A DNA stretch of 64,000 bases, taken from an uncultured Flavobacteriales bacterium. GTDB taxonomy: Bacteria > Bacteroidota > Bacteroidia > Flavobacteriales_D > JABDKJ01. Made by a program: the position numbers and the translations under genes. Shown here in pieces: positions 37,100 to 46,280 of the stretch. Within the stretch, counting starts at the first letter, position 1. Each line of letters begins with the position of its first letter. Under the pieces are notes generated by a model, which ran no database searches, had not been told where the DNA came from, and saw only the letters and a list, made by a program, of their open reading frames with translations. The DNA lies in contig CAZSQZ010000005.1 of the NCBI GenBank assembly GCA_964609215.1, positions 47,655 through 111,654 of the forward strand, written 5' to 3'.

Positions 37100-37363
37100 A
37101 CTGAGTCGGGGTAGCAGTTGAAAGCTCCTAGCAAGATACGAGTGAGGGCTTGTAGCAAATAACCCAGCCCTTTTGTGTAGCCCTCTCTTTTTAGAAACAA
37201 ATTTGGAGAGATTTATGTAGAAAAAGATATGCTATTTATTAAATTGAATTTACAAATTCGATTTATCAAATAGTTTTCAGTTTAAAAAGCCCAGATTTAC
37301 AAATCGACTATTTATCTAAACAAAAGCAACAGCAATCTCAAGAAAGTGTATCTTTAACACTTA

Positions 37364-39037
37364 GTGAATAATTACAACATATTCTGTTCAAACAGTGTTT
37401 TAAGAAAAGTGAGGTTTAGAATCATATTTCTCTTTTTGGTTTTCCTTTGTTCATTTCAGGCAAAGGCGCAGTTCTCCGTTACTGTCTGTCAAACAAGTGC
37501 AGATGCTCTGATTGCAACGGATAGAAACGATTGGGCCCATGCCAACCTAGCGGTTGTCAACGATGGTTATTTGCACAATTTTGAGCAACCTGAAGTTCCC
37601 TGTGGCCTAGCCAATTTAACGCTAGCTTCCATGAATATTGAAATCAATATCATGGACATCAATACAAATACTGCGTGCACAGGTGTTCCAATTTTCGGAA
37701 ATGTATTGCTCAATTGCCCTCTTACTACAAGTGCTGTTTGCCCTATCGTTCAAGATGTTTTAAGCCCTGCTTGCAATTTCGGAATAGGGGCCACTACCCC
37801 AGGTATAAGTTCCCTTAATCCAATGACCTGTGGGGTTGGAATAGATTCAAATGACATTATTGGAGTAGACCTTATTCCTGCCACCGAAAATTTAAATTCT
37901 TGTCCAACTATAGCCAATGCTGTGCAAAGTGGAACCATAGAATTGATTTATGAAATTTGTATCACCTTTAATTACCAACAAAATGTCCCTAACGCATGCG
38001 ACAATACTATTTCCATGCCTTGTGATGACGGTGACCCATGCACAGAAAACGATGAAATTATTGTAGATGAATGCGATAACGCAATCATTTGCGCACCTTG
38101 TGCAGGACAATTAATCAGCTCTTGTGCAGATACAGTGGAAATGCCTTGTGATGATGGTGACCCTTGCACTATAAATGATGTGACTCTTGTTGGCGCATGC
38201 GATAATTCCTTTATCTGCGAACCGTGCGCAGGAGAAGTACAAATTGACTGCGATACTACTCAAGAAATTCCCTGTGATGATGGGAATCCATGTACGGAGA
38301 ACGATGTGATTATAGCTTCCGCCTGTGACGATACTTTCATTTGCGTTCCCTGCCAGGGAGAAGCGATTGCCGATTGCAGTAATGTTGTTGAAGTGCCTTG
38401 TGATGATGGGAATCCATGTACAGAGAATGATGTAATGGTTTTAGATCAATGCAATAATGATGCGGTCTGTGTTCCATGTCAAGGTACCGCAATCACACCT
38501 CAAAATTGTGATGATGGGAATTGCGCGAATGGCTTTGAAATTTGGGATGAAAATACCTGTACCTGTGAAACTGTAGAATCTATTTTAGGTTGCACAGATC
38601 CCCTGGCTTGCAATTTTGATCCTTTGGCCAATTGCAGCTTTGAATGTGATTACAACTGTTTCGATTGCATGGGAATTCCCTTTGGAACAGCAGTAATAGA
38701 CAGTTGTGGTGAATGTCTGGCTATGGATGATCCTCTTCTCAATTTTTCTTGTTTATCAAGTATATTTATTCCAAACGCATTTAGCCCTGATGGCGATGGT
38801 ATCAATGATTTCTTCGCTATTCAAACCCAACAACGTTTCGACTTTTTTGAAATAAGTATATACAATAGACTAGGACAAGAAATATTTAGCTCCAACGAAC
38901 CTGATTTTCGATGGTTCGGTAACGGCTTAACCATTGAATATTATCTACCCAGTGACCTATATATCTATGTTGTTTCCTTTTCTTTTGATGGAAAATTAGT
39001 AGAAAAGCTAAATGGTCATGTTAGCATTATTAGATGA
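37364..39037 (+). CDS. T9SS type-B cargo with tandem Cys-rich PCDDGxPCTxND modules
   Basis: Signal peptide (FLVFLCSFQAKAQ). Four 42-aa tandem repeats. C-terminus IFIPNAFSPDGDGINDFFAIQ...ISIYNRLGQEIF is the gliding-motility C-terminal domain. Confidence 0.75.
   Translation: MNNYNIFCSNSVLRKVRFRIIFLFLVFLCSFQAKAQFSVTVCQTSADALIATDRNDWAHANLAVVNDGYLHNFEQPEVPCGLANLTLASMNIEINIMDINTNTACTGVPIFGNVLLNCPLTTSAVCPIVQDVLSPACNFGIGATTPGISSLNPMTCGVGIDSNDIIGVDLIPATENLNSCPTIANAVQSGTIELIYEICITFNYQQNVPNACDNTISMPCDDGDPCTENDEIIVDECDNAIICAPCAGQLISSCADTVEMPCDDGDPCTINDVTLVGACDNSFICEPCAGEVQIDCDTTQEIPCDDGNPCTENDVIIASACDDTFICVPCQGEAIADCSNVVEVPCDDGNPCTENDVMVLDQCNNDAVCVPCQGTAITPQNCDDGNCANGFEIWDENTCTCETVESILGCTDPLACNFDPLANCSFECDYNCFDCMGIPFGTAVIDSCGECLAMDDPLLNFSCLSSIFIPNAFSPDGDGINDFFAIQTQQRFDFFEISIYNRLGQEIFSSNEPDFRWFGNGLTIEYYLPSDLYIYVVSFSFDGKLVEKLNGHVSIIR
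38009..38512 (+). repeat. Four in-frame tandem 126-bp (42-aa) coding repeats
   Basis: Units start at 38009, 38135, 38261 and 38387. Each encodes xxxPCDDG(D/N)PCT(E/I)ND...C(D/N)xxxxCxPC(A/Q)Gxxxxxxxx. Confidence 0.8.
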
Positions 39038-39146
39038 GAATAGTATTCTATTTAGATTTCCAAAAATGATTCGTTTAATATCCCATGAGTAATCTTTAAA
39101 GAGCACTTTTCTAGATTCTTTTCGATTCGTTTTCTATTATCGATAC

Positions 39147-41678
39147 CTATTCAATAATGAATTTTAATGCCAACACTTTCAACTCCGTTTCAATTCTAAT
39201 AAAATATAATCCTTTGGCCATATCTCCTCTTTCAATTTGAACCTTATTAGAATTAGGTTGACCAATATCCTTAATTAACCTTCCCTGTGAATCAATTATA
39301 GATATATTTCTAACATTTTTCAATTCTCCAAGATCCAAAATTGAAACCTGAGTAATTGGATTTGGAATAAGTTGAACATCAAATTCCTCTATACTGTTTT
39401 GAGGAACATGGGTAAGTATATAACCATTCTCAAACCAATCAAAGTTTGCAAAACTATAAGATGGATCACTAGAATTGTCATGAATTGACGCAGCAGCTAC
39501 AAATAAATCAGGGGATGAACTTCCAGAGATTTCCATGACTTCAAAAAAGGAAGTAAATCGATCAACTGAGGATATATTCGAATAGGGTGTATAGTCAATG
39601 TGATGGGGTATAAAACCAAAGTTGTCAATGTTCCTCAGAAAGGTAATTTCGGGAATATCTTCCCATGTTTCATGAAAATTGAAAGCAATAATATCCTCAA
39701 AGCCATCTCCATCAAAATCAGTAGACTGTAAATTGCTAAAATTCCTCGCAACAAGAGCATAAATAATCTCCTCTTGATCAAATTCTCCATTACCCAAATT
39801 TTTTATGTAATATATGCCTTCCTGAACATTATTCGCAAAGACAATATCATTTAACTCATCATTATCTAAATCAACAATAAGGAGTTCATCTACGTTTGAC
39901 TGAGATATTTCGTATTCATTAAATACTTGCCCTTCATTGTTTAATGTATAGATTCCTAAAAGCGTTTCGGTCTTATTGGTAAGAATATCTTTACCCATAT
40001 CATTGTCCAGATCTCCAATGATTAACTGCTCCGGTAATGCTTCTATTGACGAAATCTGATCGGTTTCCAAGAAGTCGCCTTGCCCTTGCCCCATAAGCAC
40101 ATAAATCAATGGTTGACTACTTTCTATGGCCGCATAAATAAGATCAATATGACCATCATCGTTGGCATCATCAATATGGAATGACCCTATTTCCTGATGG
40201 ATTACAGTAATTGGATTCCCCAGAGAACTAAAATGATAACCTAGATTCTCATACCAAAGAATCTGAGTTTCATCAATGGACTTGGTTATTAGATCTTCTT
40301 TACCATCTTCATTGATATCTGCAAAACTAAATGAACTTAATACCTCTCCATCCCAAATTCTTCTTACACAATCCCAATCGCCATCGCCCAGATTTTTCAG
40401 TTCAAATAATCCTTCTTCTGTTTTAAAGTAGATATCATAAAGACCATCAGAATCGAGATCAGCTTGTTCAACCGCATGTATTTTTAAAATTTCATCAGAA
40501 ACCGTTTCTTGAACATATTGATTATCTCCTTGCTCTCTTAATCTTATGATATAATCGATGCCATAAAAGTGGGAAAAAATAAAACTCTTATGATTATGGT
40601 ACCTATTGGAGAATAGACCGAGTAAATCGTTTGCAGGTGGTGGAAACGTTCCTAATTGAATAGTATCTTCAATCTGAAGAAGTCCATCATTATTTTGTAG
40701 TCCAATTAAATCTAATCCCTGATAATTTTTGTCAAATATTAATAAATCTAAAGGTGCTACACCATCTAAATCTTCTATAACAAAATGATCGCTTGAAATT
40801 GACTCAAGCTCATCATGCAAAACAAAACTCATGTCTTCATTTTCCAGCCAAATTAAGTTATCATTAGGCCAAATATAATATTCGTACCGTTGGCCTATAA
40901 TATCTATATAACCGTTTAAATCCAGATCTGCAAATTCAAGATTTATAAACGCACATCCATCACTTATTATGGTATCGGTAAAATTAAAAGTCCCATCATT
41001 AATATGCAATAAGGTTCCAATTTCATAATATGTGGTCAAACCACTGCTTACAATATCTATATCACCATCGGAATCAATATCAACAAAACCAAAACTGTTA
41101 CCTGATAGGGGAAGTGTATACAATAAACTAGCTTCATCAAATTGATAATTGCCTTGGTTCTTGTACCAAAAAAGATCTCCCCATTTTGAACATACAATAT
41201 CCAGCTTTCCGTCAATATCAACATCTACAAAAGAAAATGACCTATATGCCCAATCTTCTACCCAGGTATTCTGTAATGTTAACTCATTGTTTTCAATAGA
41301 ATAAATCCTGAAAACCGCATTCTCGGTAGGCCATTTTTCTGCAAATACAAGATCATTTTGCAAGTCGCCATTTAAATCCGCAAAAGCAAGTAACTGAGGG
41401 TCTGGATACGTAGATGAACTATTAGGAATTACAGTAGTTGGGCTTAATGCACGATATGGATTATACTTTTCGCTTTCAATATCATATTCTAGCCACACCA
41501 GACTCTTTTCAAATCGTGAATAAAATAAGATATCAAGATCGTTATCGTTATCGAAATCTAGCTCAATAATACTTCTTGCCCTTACCGCTGAAGAAATAAT
41601 TCTATTTGGCCCTTCAAAATTTTGACAGAAGCTATCAAAGGTGTGTACCAAAAAGATTACAATAATCAATTTTTTCAT
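39147..41678 (-). CDS. T9SS type-A cargo with many FG-GAP/VCBS-like repeats (843 aa)
   Basis: Repeated DxDxDGxxD loops (DFDNDNDLD, DVDIDGKLD, DIDSDGDID, DLDLNGYID and others). C-terminus LIPNPITQVSILDL...GLYFIRIE...FIIE. Confidence 0.8.
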   Translation of the reverse strand: MKKLIIVIFLVHTFDSFCQNFEGPNRIISSAVRARSIIELDFDNDNDLDILFYSRFEKSLVWLEYDIESEKYNPYRALSPTTVIPNSSSTYPDPQLLAFADLNGDLQNDLVFAEKWPTENAVFRIYSIENNELTLQNTWVEDWAYRSFSFVDVDIDGKLDIVCSKWGDLFWYKNQGNYQFDEASLLYTLPLSGNSFGFVDIDSDGDIDIVSSGLTTYYEIGTLLHINDGTFNFTDTIISDGCAFINLEFADLDLNGYIDIIGQRYEYYIWPNDNLIWLENEDMSFVLHDELESISSDHFVIEDLDGVAPLDLLIFDKNYQGLDLIGLQNNDGLLQIEDTIQLGTFPPPANDLLGLFSNRYHNHKSFIFSHFYGIDYIIRLREQGDNQYVQETVSDEILKIHAVEQADLDSDGLYDIYFKTEEGLFELKNLGDGDWDCVRRIWDGEVLSSFSFADINEDGKEDLITKSIDETQILWYENLGYHFSSLGNPITVIHQEIGSFHIDDANDDGHIDLIYAAIESSQPLIYVLMGQGQGDFLETDQISSIEALPEQLIIGDLDNDMGKDILTNKTETLLGIYTLNNEGQVFNEYEISQSNVDELLIVDLDNDELNDIVFANNVQEGIYYIKNLGNGEFDQEEIIYALVARNFSNLQSTDFDGDGFEDIIAFNFHETWEDIPEITFLRNIDNFGFIPHHIDYTPYSNISSVDRFTSFFEVMEISGSSSPDLFVAAASIHDNSSDPSYSFANFDWFENGYILTHVPQNSIEEFDVQLIPNPITQVSILDLGELKNVRNISIIDSQGRLIKDIGQPNSNKVQIERGDMAKGLYFIRIETELKVLALKFIIE

Positions 41679-41784
41679 TCGATTTAAGAATTGGCCTTTC
41701 TAAAGATACGAATTAATTGCCTTCAAAGATATCCTCCTTCCAATATCTTCAATCAATTAAGATCTTAGTAATAATAACCGATTG

Positions 41785-42744
41785 CTAGAATTCAAATGTG
41801 GATTTTACCGTAATTTCTCTCAGCAAAGACCTAAAATCTGAAATGATTTCATCCATAATTTCAGCAGCTGGCAAAATAGTATCAATTTGACTGGATATCT
41901 GCCCAATTTCCAATTCTCCATTCTCCAGATCCCCTTCAAACATTCCCTTTTTCGCTCTTCCTCTTCCTAAAATTTCTTTCAATTCTTCAGGGCTGGCATC
42001 TCTGTCATAGGCTCTCATAATTTCTTCAAAGAAACCATTGCGTAATAAACGTACAGGTGTAACCTCTTTTAGCGTCAAAAGGGTTTCCCCCTCTCCTGCT
42101 TTTACTACAGCATCCTTAAAAAGTTGATGCGCTGATGATTCCTCTGATGCTACAAATCTACTCCCTATTTGCACTGCATCTGCCCCTAATACCATTGCTG
42201 CAAGCATAGATTTTCCCGTTCCAATTCCTCCAGCCGCTATAACCGGAATCTCCACTGCTTCTACCACCTCTGGAATTAGACAAAGTGTTGTTGTTTCCTC
42301 ACGTCCATTATGGCCTCCAGCCTCAAAACCCTCTGCGACAACAGCGTCTACTCCCGCTTCCTGAGATTTAAGCGCAAACTTCTTACTAGACACCACATGC
42401 ACTACTTTTATTCCCTTATCCTTCAAAAAACCGGTCCATTTTTTCGGATTTCCAGCCGAGGTGAAGACAATAGGAACTTTGTATTTAACAATTAACTCAA
42501 AATGAGCTTCTATATCTGCATAGAGCAAAGGCACATTCACCGCATAAGGTTGGTCTGTAGCATCAGAAACTTTCTGTAAGTGCTGTTCTAAAATCTCAGG
42601 ATACATGCTCCCTGCACCAATTATTCCCAATCCTCCATGATTACTAACTGCAGCAGCCAATTCCCAGCCTGAGCACCATACCATTCCCGCCTGAATAAGT
42701 GGGTATTTTATACCAAAAAGTTCACAAACACTATTTTTAGACAT
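41785..42744 (-). CDS. Nitronate monooxygenase / NAD(P)H-dependent flavin oxidoreductase (FabK-like NMO family)
   Basis: LFGIKYPLIQAGMVWCSGWELAAAVSNHGGLGIIGAGSM, AEGFEAGGHNG, and IPVIAAGGIGTG. Confidence 0.85.
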   Translation of the reverse strand: MSKNSVCELFGIKYPLIQAGMVWCSGWELAAAVSNHGGLGIIGAGSMYPEILEQHLQKVSDATDQPYAVNVPLLYADIEAHFELIVKYKVPIVFTSAGNPKKWTGFLKDKGIKVVHVVSSKKFALKSQEAGVDAVVAEGFEAGGHNGREETTTLCLIPEVVEAVEIPVIAAGGIGTGKSMLAAMVLGADAVQIGSRFVASEESSAHQLFKDAVVKAGEGETLLTLKEVTPVRLLRNGFFEEIMRAYDRDASPEELKEILGRGRAKKGMFEGDLENGELEIGQISSQIDTILPAAEIMDEIISDFRSLLREITVKSTFEF

Positions 42745-42844
42745 AATTCTGTATAAATTCTAATCAAAATTAGAATTTGAACGTATAAACTTTAGTCTTC
42801 TAAAAAAATTATTTAATAGAATTTTTAATAGTTTCTATATAAGG

Positions 42845-43870
42845 TTGCCCTTTATAGAAAAAGTATATTATATATTTGTTCGGTTGAAACGACTAAGCAC
42901 TATATTTATTTTTGTTCTCAGCATTTCTACTTTTGATGCTCAGTACCTTTGGGATTTTGGTGTCACCGTAGGTGGTTCTAATTATCTAGGAGACATTGGA
43001 GGTGTTGACAGGGCGCGTAGAGATTTCATTTATGATGTCAAGTTAAGAGATACCAGGTATACAGCTGGTGCTTTCATAAGAAGAAGAATTTCCAGATCCT
43101 TTAATATCAAGCTTGCTGGCTATTTTTCTCGTATTCAAGGTGATGATCAATTTACTACAGAATATGGTCCACGAAGAGCAAGAAATCTGAATTTCACGAA
43201 TAATATCAAAGAACTTTCGCTTCAAACAGAGTTCACCTTATACTCTGACAATGATTTCGGTGGAAGAGGTTTGTATAATCCAAATTTCAGAGTCTACGGC
43301 CTTGTGGGAGTAGGAGGCTTTTTACATAATCCCAGAGGAACTTATGCAGGGGACAATCCAGCATTTCAAGGAATGACTGTAGATTTGGCTCCTCTTAGAA
43401 CAGAAGGTCAGGCTGAAGAATATGATAGATGGGGTATAACAGTGCCATTAGGCTTTGGTTTTTATTTCACCTATGCAAGAAAATATAGATTTGGTTGGGA
43501 ACTCTCTTACCGTATGACGTTTACCGATTATTTAGATGATATAAGTTCGGTATACGCTACAGATGCGGAATTGGGCAATGATCCCTTAAGAATCGCATTT
43601 GCCAGTCAAACTACACCAGCTGTTATTGAAGAGGCTTTTCCGGGAGAACCAGAAGTGATTTTTAATTATGTCTATCCTTCTAACTATGATCCATCAACTC
43701 CAAGAAATCCAAGAGGAGTTATAAGTAACAATGACGGTTATATTTTCATGAACCTTAGTGCTGGATTGATTCTTCAGAAAAAATCTAAAAGCTTCCAAAC
43801 TAAAAAGAGAAGATACAGCTGGCTGAAGGGCAAGGTGAAGAAAAAGAGAAAGTCTAGAGCGAAGTTCTAA
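42845..43870 (+). CDS. Putative outer-membrane beta-barrel protein (DUF6089-like) with a strongly basic C-terminal tail
   Basis: Signal-like LKRLSTIFIFVLSISTFDAQ. In-frame TTG 42884 is a better start than TTG 42845. Amphipathic strands. Tail KKSKSFQTKKRRYSWLKGKVKKKRKSRAKF. Confidence 0.5.
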   Translation: MPFIEKVYYIFVRLKRLSTIFIFVLSISTFDAQYLWDFGVTVGGSNYLGDIGGVDRARRDFIYDVKLRDTRYTAGAFIRRRISRSFNIKLAGYFSRIQGDDQFTTEYGPRRARNLNFTNNIKELSLQTEFTLYSDNDFGGRGLYNPNFRVYGLVGVGGFLHNPRGTYAGDNPAFQGMTVDLAPLRTEGQAEEYDRWGITVPLGFGFYFTYARKYRFGWELSYRMTFTDYLDDISSVYATDAELGNDPLRIAFASQTTPAVIEEAFPGEPEVIFNYVYPSNYDPSTPRNPRGVISNNDGYIFMNLSAGLILQKKSKSFQTKKRRYSWLKGKVKKKRKSRAKF

Positions 43871-44614
43871 TCAGCTCCAATATTGATTCAATTTACTTAG
43901 TGGTTTTCTGATTAAGGTAAATGGTCCCGCTTTGAGGTTATTTATTCTCCAAGCTCTACGATCTTCCTGATTGGCTCTAATCCTATGCCTTAAAGAAGCA
44001 TTACTCTCCCCTCCCATTCTCATTTTTGTGATTAAGGTTGGAACATAATTGCTTTTGATTTTATGTTTTTCGATCATTCTGAGCATCAACTCATAGTCTG
44101 CAGATATAGAAAAGGAAGTATTATACACCCCAAAATTATCATAGCATTCTTTCCTGAGAAAAAAAGTAGGGTGTGGTGGCATCCAACCTTTTTGAAATAA
44201 TCCAGATTTAAATTTTTCACTCTTCCAGTCTCTTACAATATGTTCCAGATTATCTTTTTTTACATATTGTAAATCTCCATAACACGCGTCAGTATTATCT
44301 TTAAAGCCACTTACAATCTCACTTATTACCGCTTTGGAAGCGTATACATCATCCGCATTTAGTATTCCAATCACCTCGCCATTTGCTAGAGCAATTCCCT
44401 TATTCATAGCATCATAAATACCTTTGTCCTTTTCGGAAACAACACGATGAATTTGCTCCTTGTATTTACTTACAATCTCCATCGTTGAATCGGATGAAAA
44501 ACCATCTATAATGATGTACTCTATTGACTGATAATCTTGAGCTAAAACGGACTGAATAGTTTCTTCTATAGTCTCCTCTGCATTATAGCAAACGGTAATA
44601 ATTGAAATCTTCAT
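43871..44614 (-). CDS. Glycosyltransferase family 2
   Basis: MKISIITVCYNAEETIEETIQSVLAQDY...YIIIDGFSSDST...LNADDVY (DxD). Confidence 0.85.
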   Translation of the reverse strand: MKISIITVCYNAEETIEETIQSVLAQDYQSIEYIIIDGFSSDSTMEIVSKYKEQIHRVVSEKDKGIYDAMNKGIALANGEVIGILNADDVYASKAVISEIVSGFKDNTDACYGDLQYVKKDNLEHIVRDWKSEKFKSGLFQKGWMPPHPTFFLRKECYDNFGVYNTSFSISADYELMLRMIEKHKIKSNYVPTLITKMRMGGESNASLRHRIRANQEDRRAWRINNLKAGPFTLIRKPLSKLNQYWS

Positions 44615-45156
44615 GAAATCTCTCTTTGCTTAACTTTTACCGCTGGTATTCCAGAGTAGATTCCATAGGCTTCTAAACACTTAGGAGCTCTTGAATTTGC
44701 AGAAAGCACGGAATGATCTTTACAAATAGTTCCGGGACCAACAAAGGATTTTGCACCAATCCATACTCCATCTTCCAAGGTAATTGGTGCTATCTCCAAG
44801 TCAAAACTTGGCTTTGAATAGTTGTGATTACCACATTCCAACATTGCGCCTTGAGAGATACAAACGTTTGATCCTATTTTAACTAAATCCAAATTATCTA
44901 TCCAAACATTCTCACCTATCCAAGAGAAATTTTCAATCTCCAATTTCCAGGGATACTTAATGTTAACACCAGGTTTAATAGTAACTCCCTTTCCTATTCT
45001 CGCTCCAAAAAGCCTCAACCAAAATTTGAACATTCCCGAAAAAGGAAACAGTTTAGAATGAAAAAAGACGGCTTGAATCCAAAACCAAAATAGCCGTTTC
45101 ATTGGCGATCCCGGTTTGTACCAATCATTATTATATTTAGACAAGTCTGTTTTCAT
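44611..45156 (-). CDS. Hexapeptide-repeat O-acetyltransferase, WcaF-like
   Basis: The N-terminal hydrophobic segment LFWFWIQAVFF...LRLFGARIGKGV, followed by left-handed beta-helix hexapeptide repeats, matches the colanic-acid WcaF pattern. Confidence 0.8.
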   Translation of the reverse strand: MKTDLSKYNNDWYKPGSPMKRLFWFWIQAVFFHSKLFPFSGMFKFWLRLFGARIGKGVTIKPGVNIKYPWKLEIENFSWIGENVWIDNLDLVKIGSNVCISQGAMLECGNHNYSKPSFDLEIAPITLEDGVWIGAKSFVGPGTICKDHSVLSANSRAPKCLEAYGIYSGIPAVKVKQREIS

Positions 45157-46280
45157 TCAAAAAGACGAATATATTCAGTTCTTATGGTTTCAAGGTCAAT
45201 TTTTTTCTTTGCATAGGAAATAGCTCCTCTGTAATAGTTCTGATATTCATCATTATCCATGCTCAAAAAGAATTTGATTTTCTCTGCAAACGATTCCTTT
45301 TCAGACAAAGCTAATTCAAAACCTGCGGTGCTTTTAGCAAGCCCTAACCAGGGAGTTTGGTCAGATATTAAAACAGGTGTTCCATTAATCAAGCTTTCAT
45401 AAATTACATGTCCATAGTTCTCGCCTAGTGTGGGTAAAAACATCAGATGTGCTTTTTGTAGTTCTTTCTCAAACTCTTCTGGAGCTAAAGAACCTAAAAA
45501 TTGAACATCAATGTTTTGGAGGGATTCGGAAACTGATTTGCAAGAAAGAAAGTAGTCCTGATCGTACTTCTCTCCTATTACTTTTAATCGAATTCCATTA
45601 AAGTCAGCCTCCTGAAGGCATTGCAATGCAAAAAGTAAATTCTTCTCTTTGGCTATTCTTCCAGCAAAAACCATTTCCAGAACTCCATTCTCTTTTTCCT
45701 TTGGAATTGGTTCTCTAACTATTCTGGGACAATTAGAAGCAACACTAATATGCTTACTTAATTTTTGAGCCAGGATATCTTTGGCTTCATCATCCGTTGT
45801 TCCCTGAAAGTGCACGTTTTTATAGCTTCCTTTTATTCTGGCAAGACTCAAATAGGCTTTTTTCTTGAATGACTTGATCGCTAAGGCGCTGGATCTTAAC
45901 ATTCCCCTTGGGGCAAGAATGCATTTTTTGTCACCTATTAAATCCAATGGCCAGATGGAATACACTTTAGAAAAGATTCCATTCAAATAACAAAGATCAA
46001 AATCAAGGTTCCCAACCAGATTTCTTATGTAGGATTTATTTTCATGTTCTCTGGATAGATAAAATACTTCGCAATTTTCAGAATACTTTGTCCATTGGTT
46101 GGAAGGAATATCTGGATAAGGAGTCTCCTGCATATAATCCCTATCGGAAGTAATGACAAGAAAATAATAGTCTTTCTCCAAAAATTGAATCATATTGGAG
46201 CAAGAGGTAATAGGCCCTCCAGCTTTATAGCCAGGTTTGAACCAATCGATAAAAACAAGAATGCGCTTTTTATTCTTCAA
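45153..46280 (-). CDS. Glycosyltransferase, GT4-like (GT-B fold)
   Basis: C-terminal LFLPTLGENYGHVIYESLINGTPVLISD (E-x7-E region). Confidence 0.75.
   Translation of the reverse strand: MKNKKRILVFIDWFKPGYKAGGPITSCSNMIQFLEKDYYFLVITSDRDYMQETPYPDIPSNQWTKYSENCEVFYLSREHENKSYIRNLVGNLDFDLCYLNGIFSKVYSIWPLDLIGDKKCILAPRGMLRSSALAIKSFKKKAYLSLARIKGSYKNVHFQGTTDDEAKDILAQKLSKHISVASNCPRIVREPIPKEKENGVLEMVFAGRIAKEKNLLFALQCLQEADFNGIRLKVIGEKYDQDYFLSCKSVSESLQNIDVQFLGSLAPEEFEKELQKAHLMFLPTLGENYGHVIYESLINGTPVLISDQTPWLGLAKSTAGFELALSEKESFAEKIKFFLSMDNDEYQNYYRGAISYAKKKIDLETIRTEYIRLFE

Noticed and set aside
37100-37200. A relatively GC-rich segment after the HNH gene (tcggggtagcagttgaaagctcc...gggcttgtagcaaataacccagccc) considered as a tRNA, tRNA fragment or att site.
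   Set aside because: There is no cloverleaf, no GTTCRANYC T-loop and no acceptor-stem pairing. The gggct...agccc hairpin followed by tttt is more simply a weak terminator for the HNH transcript.
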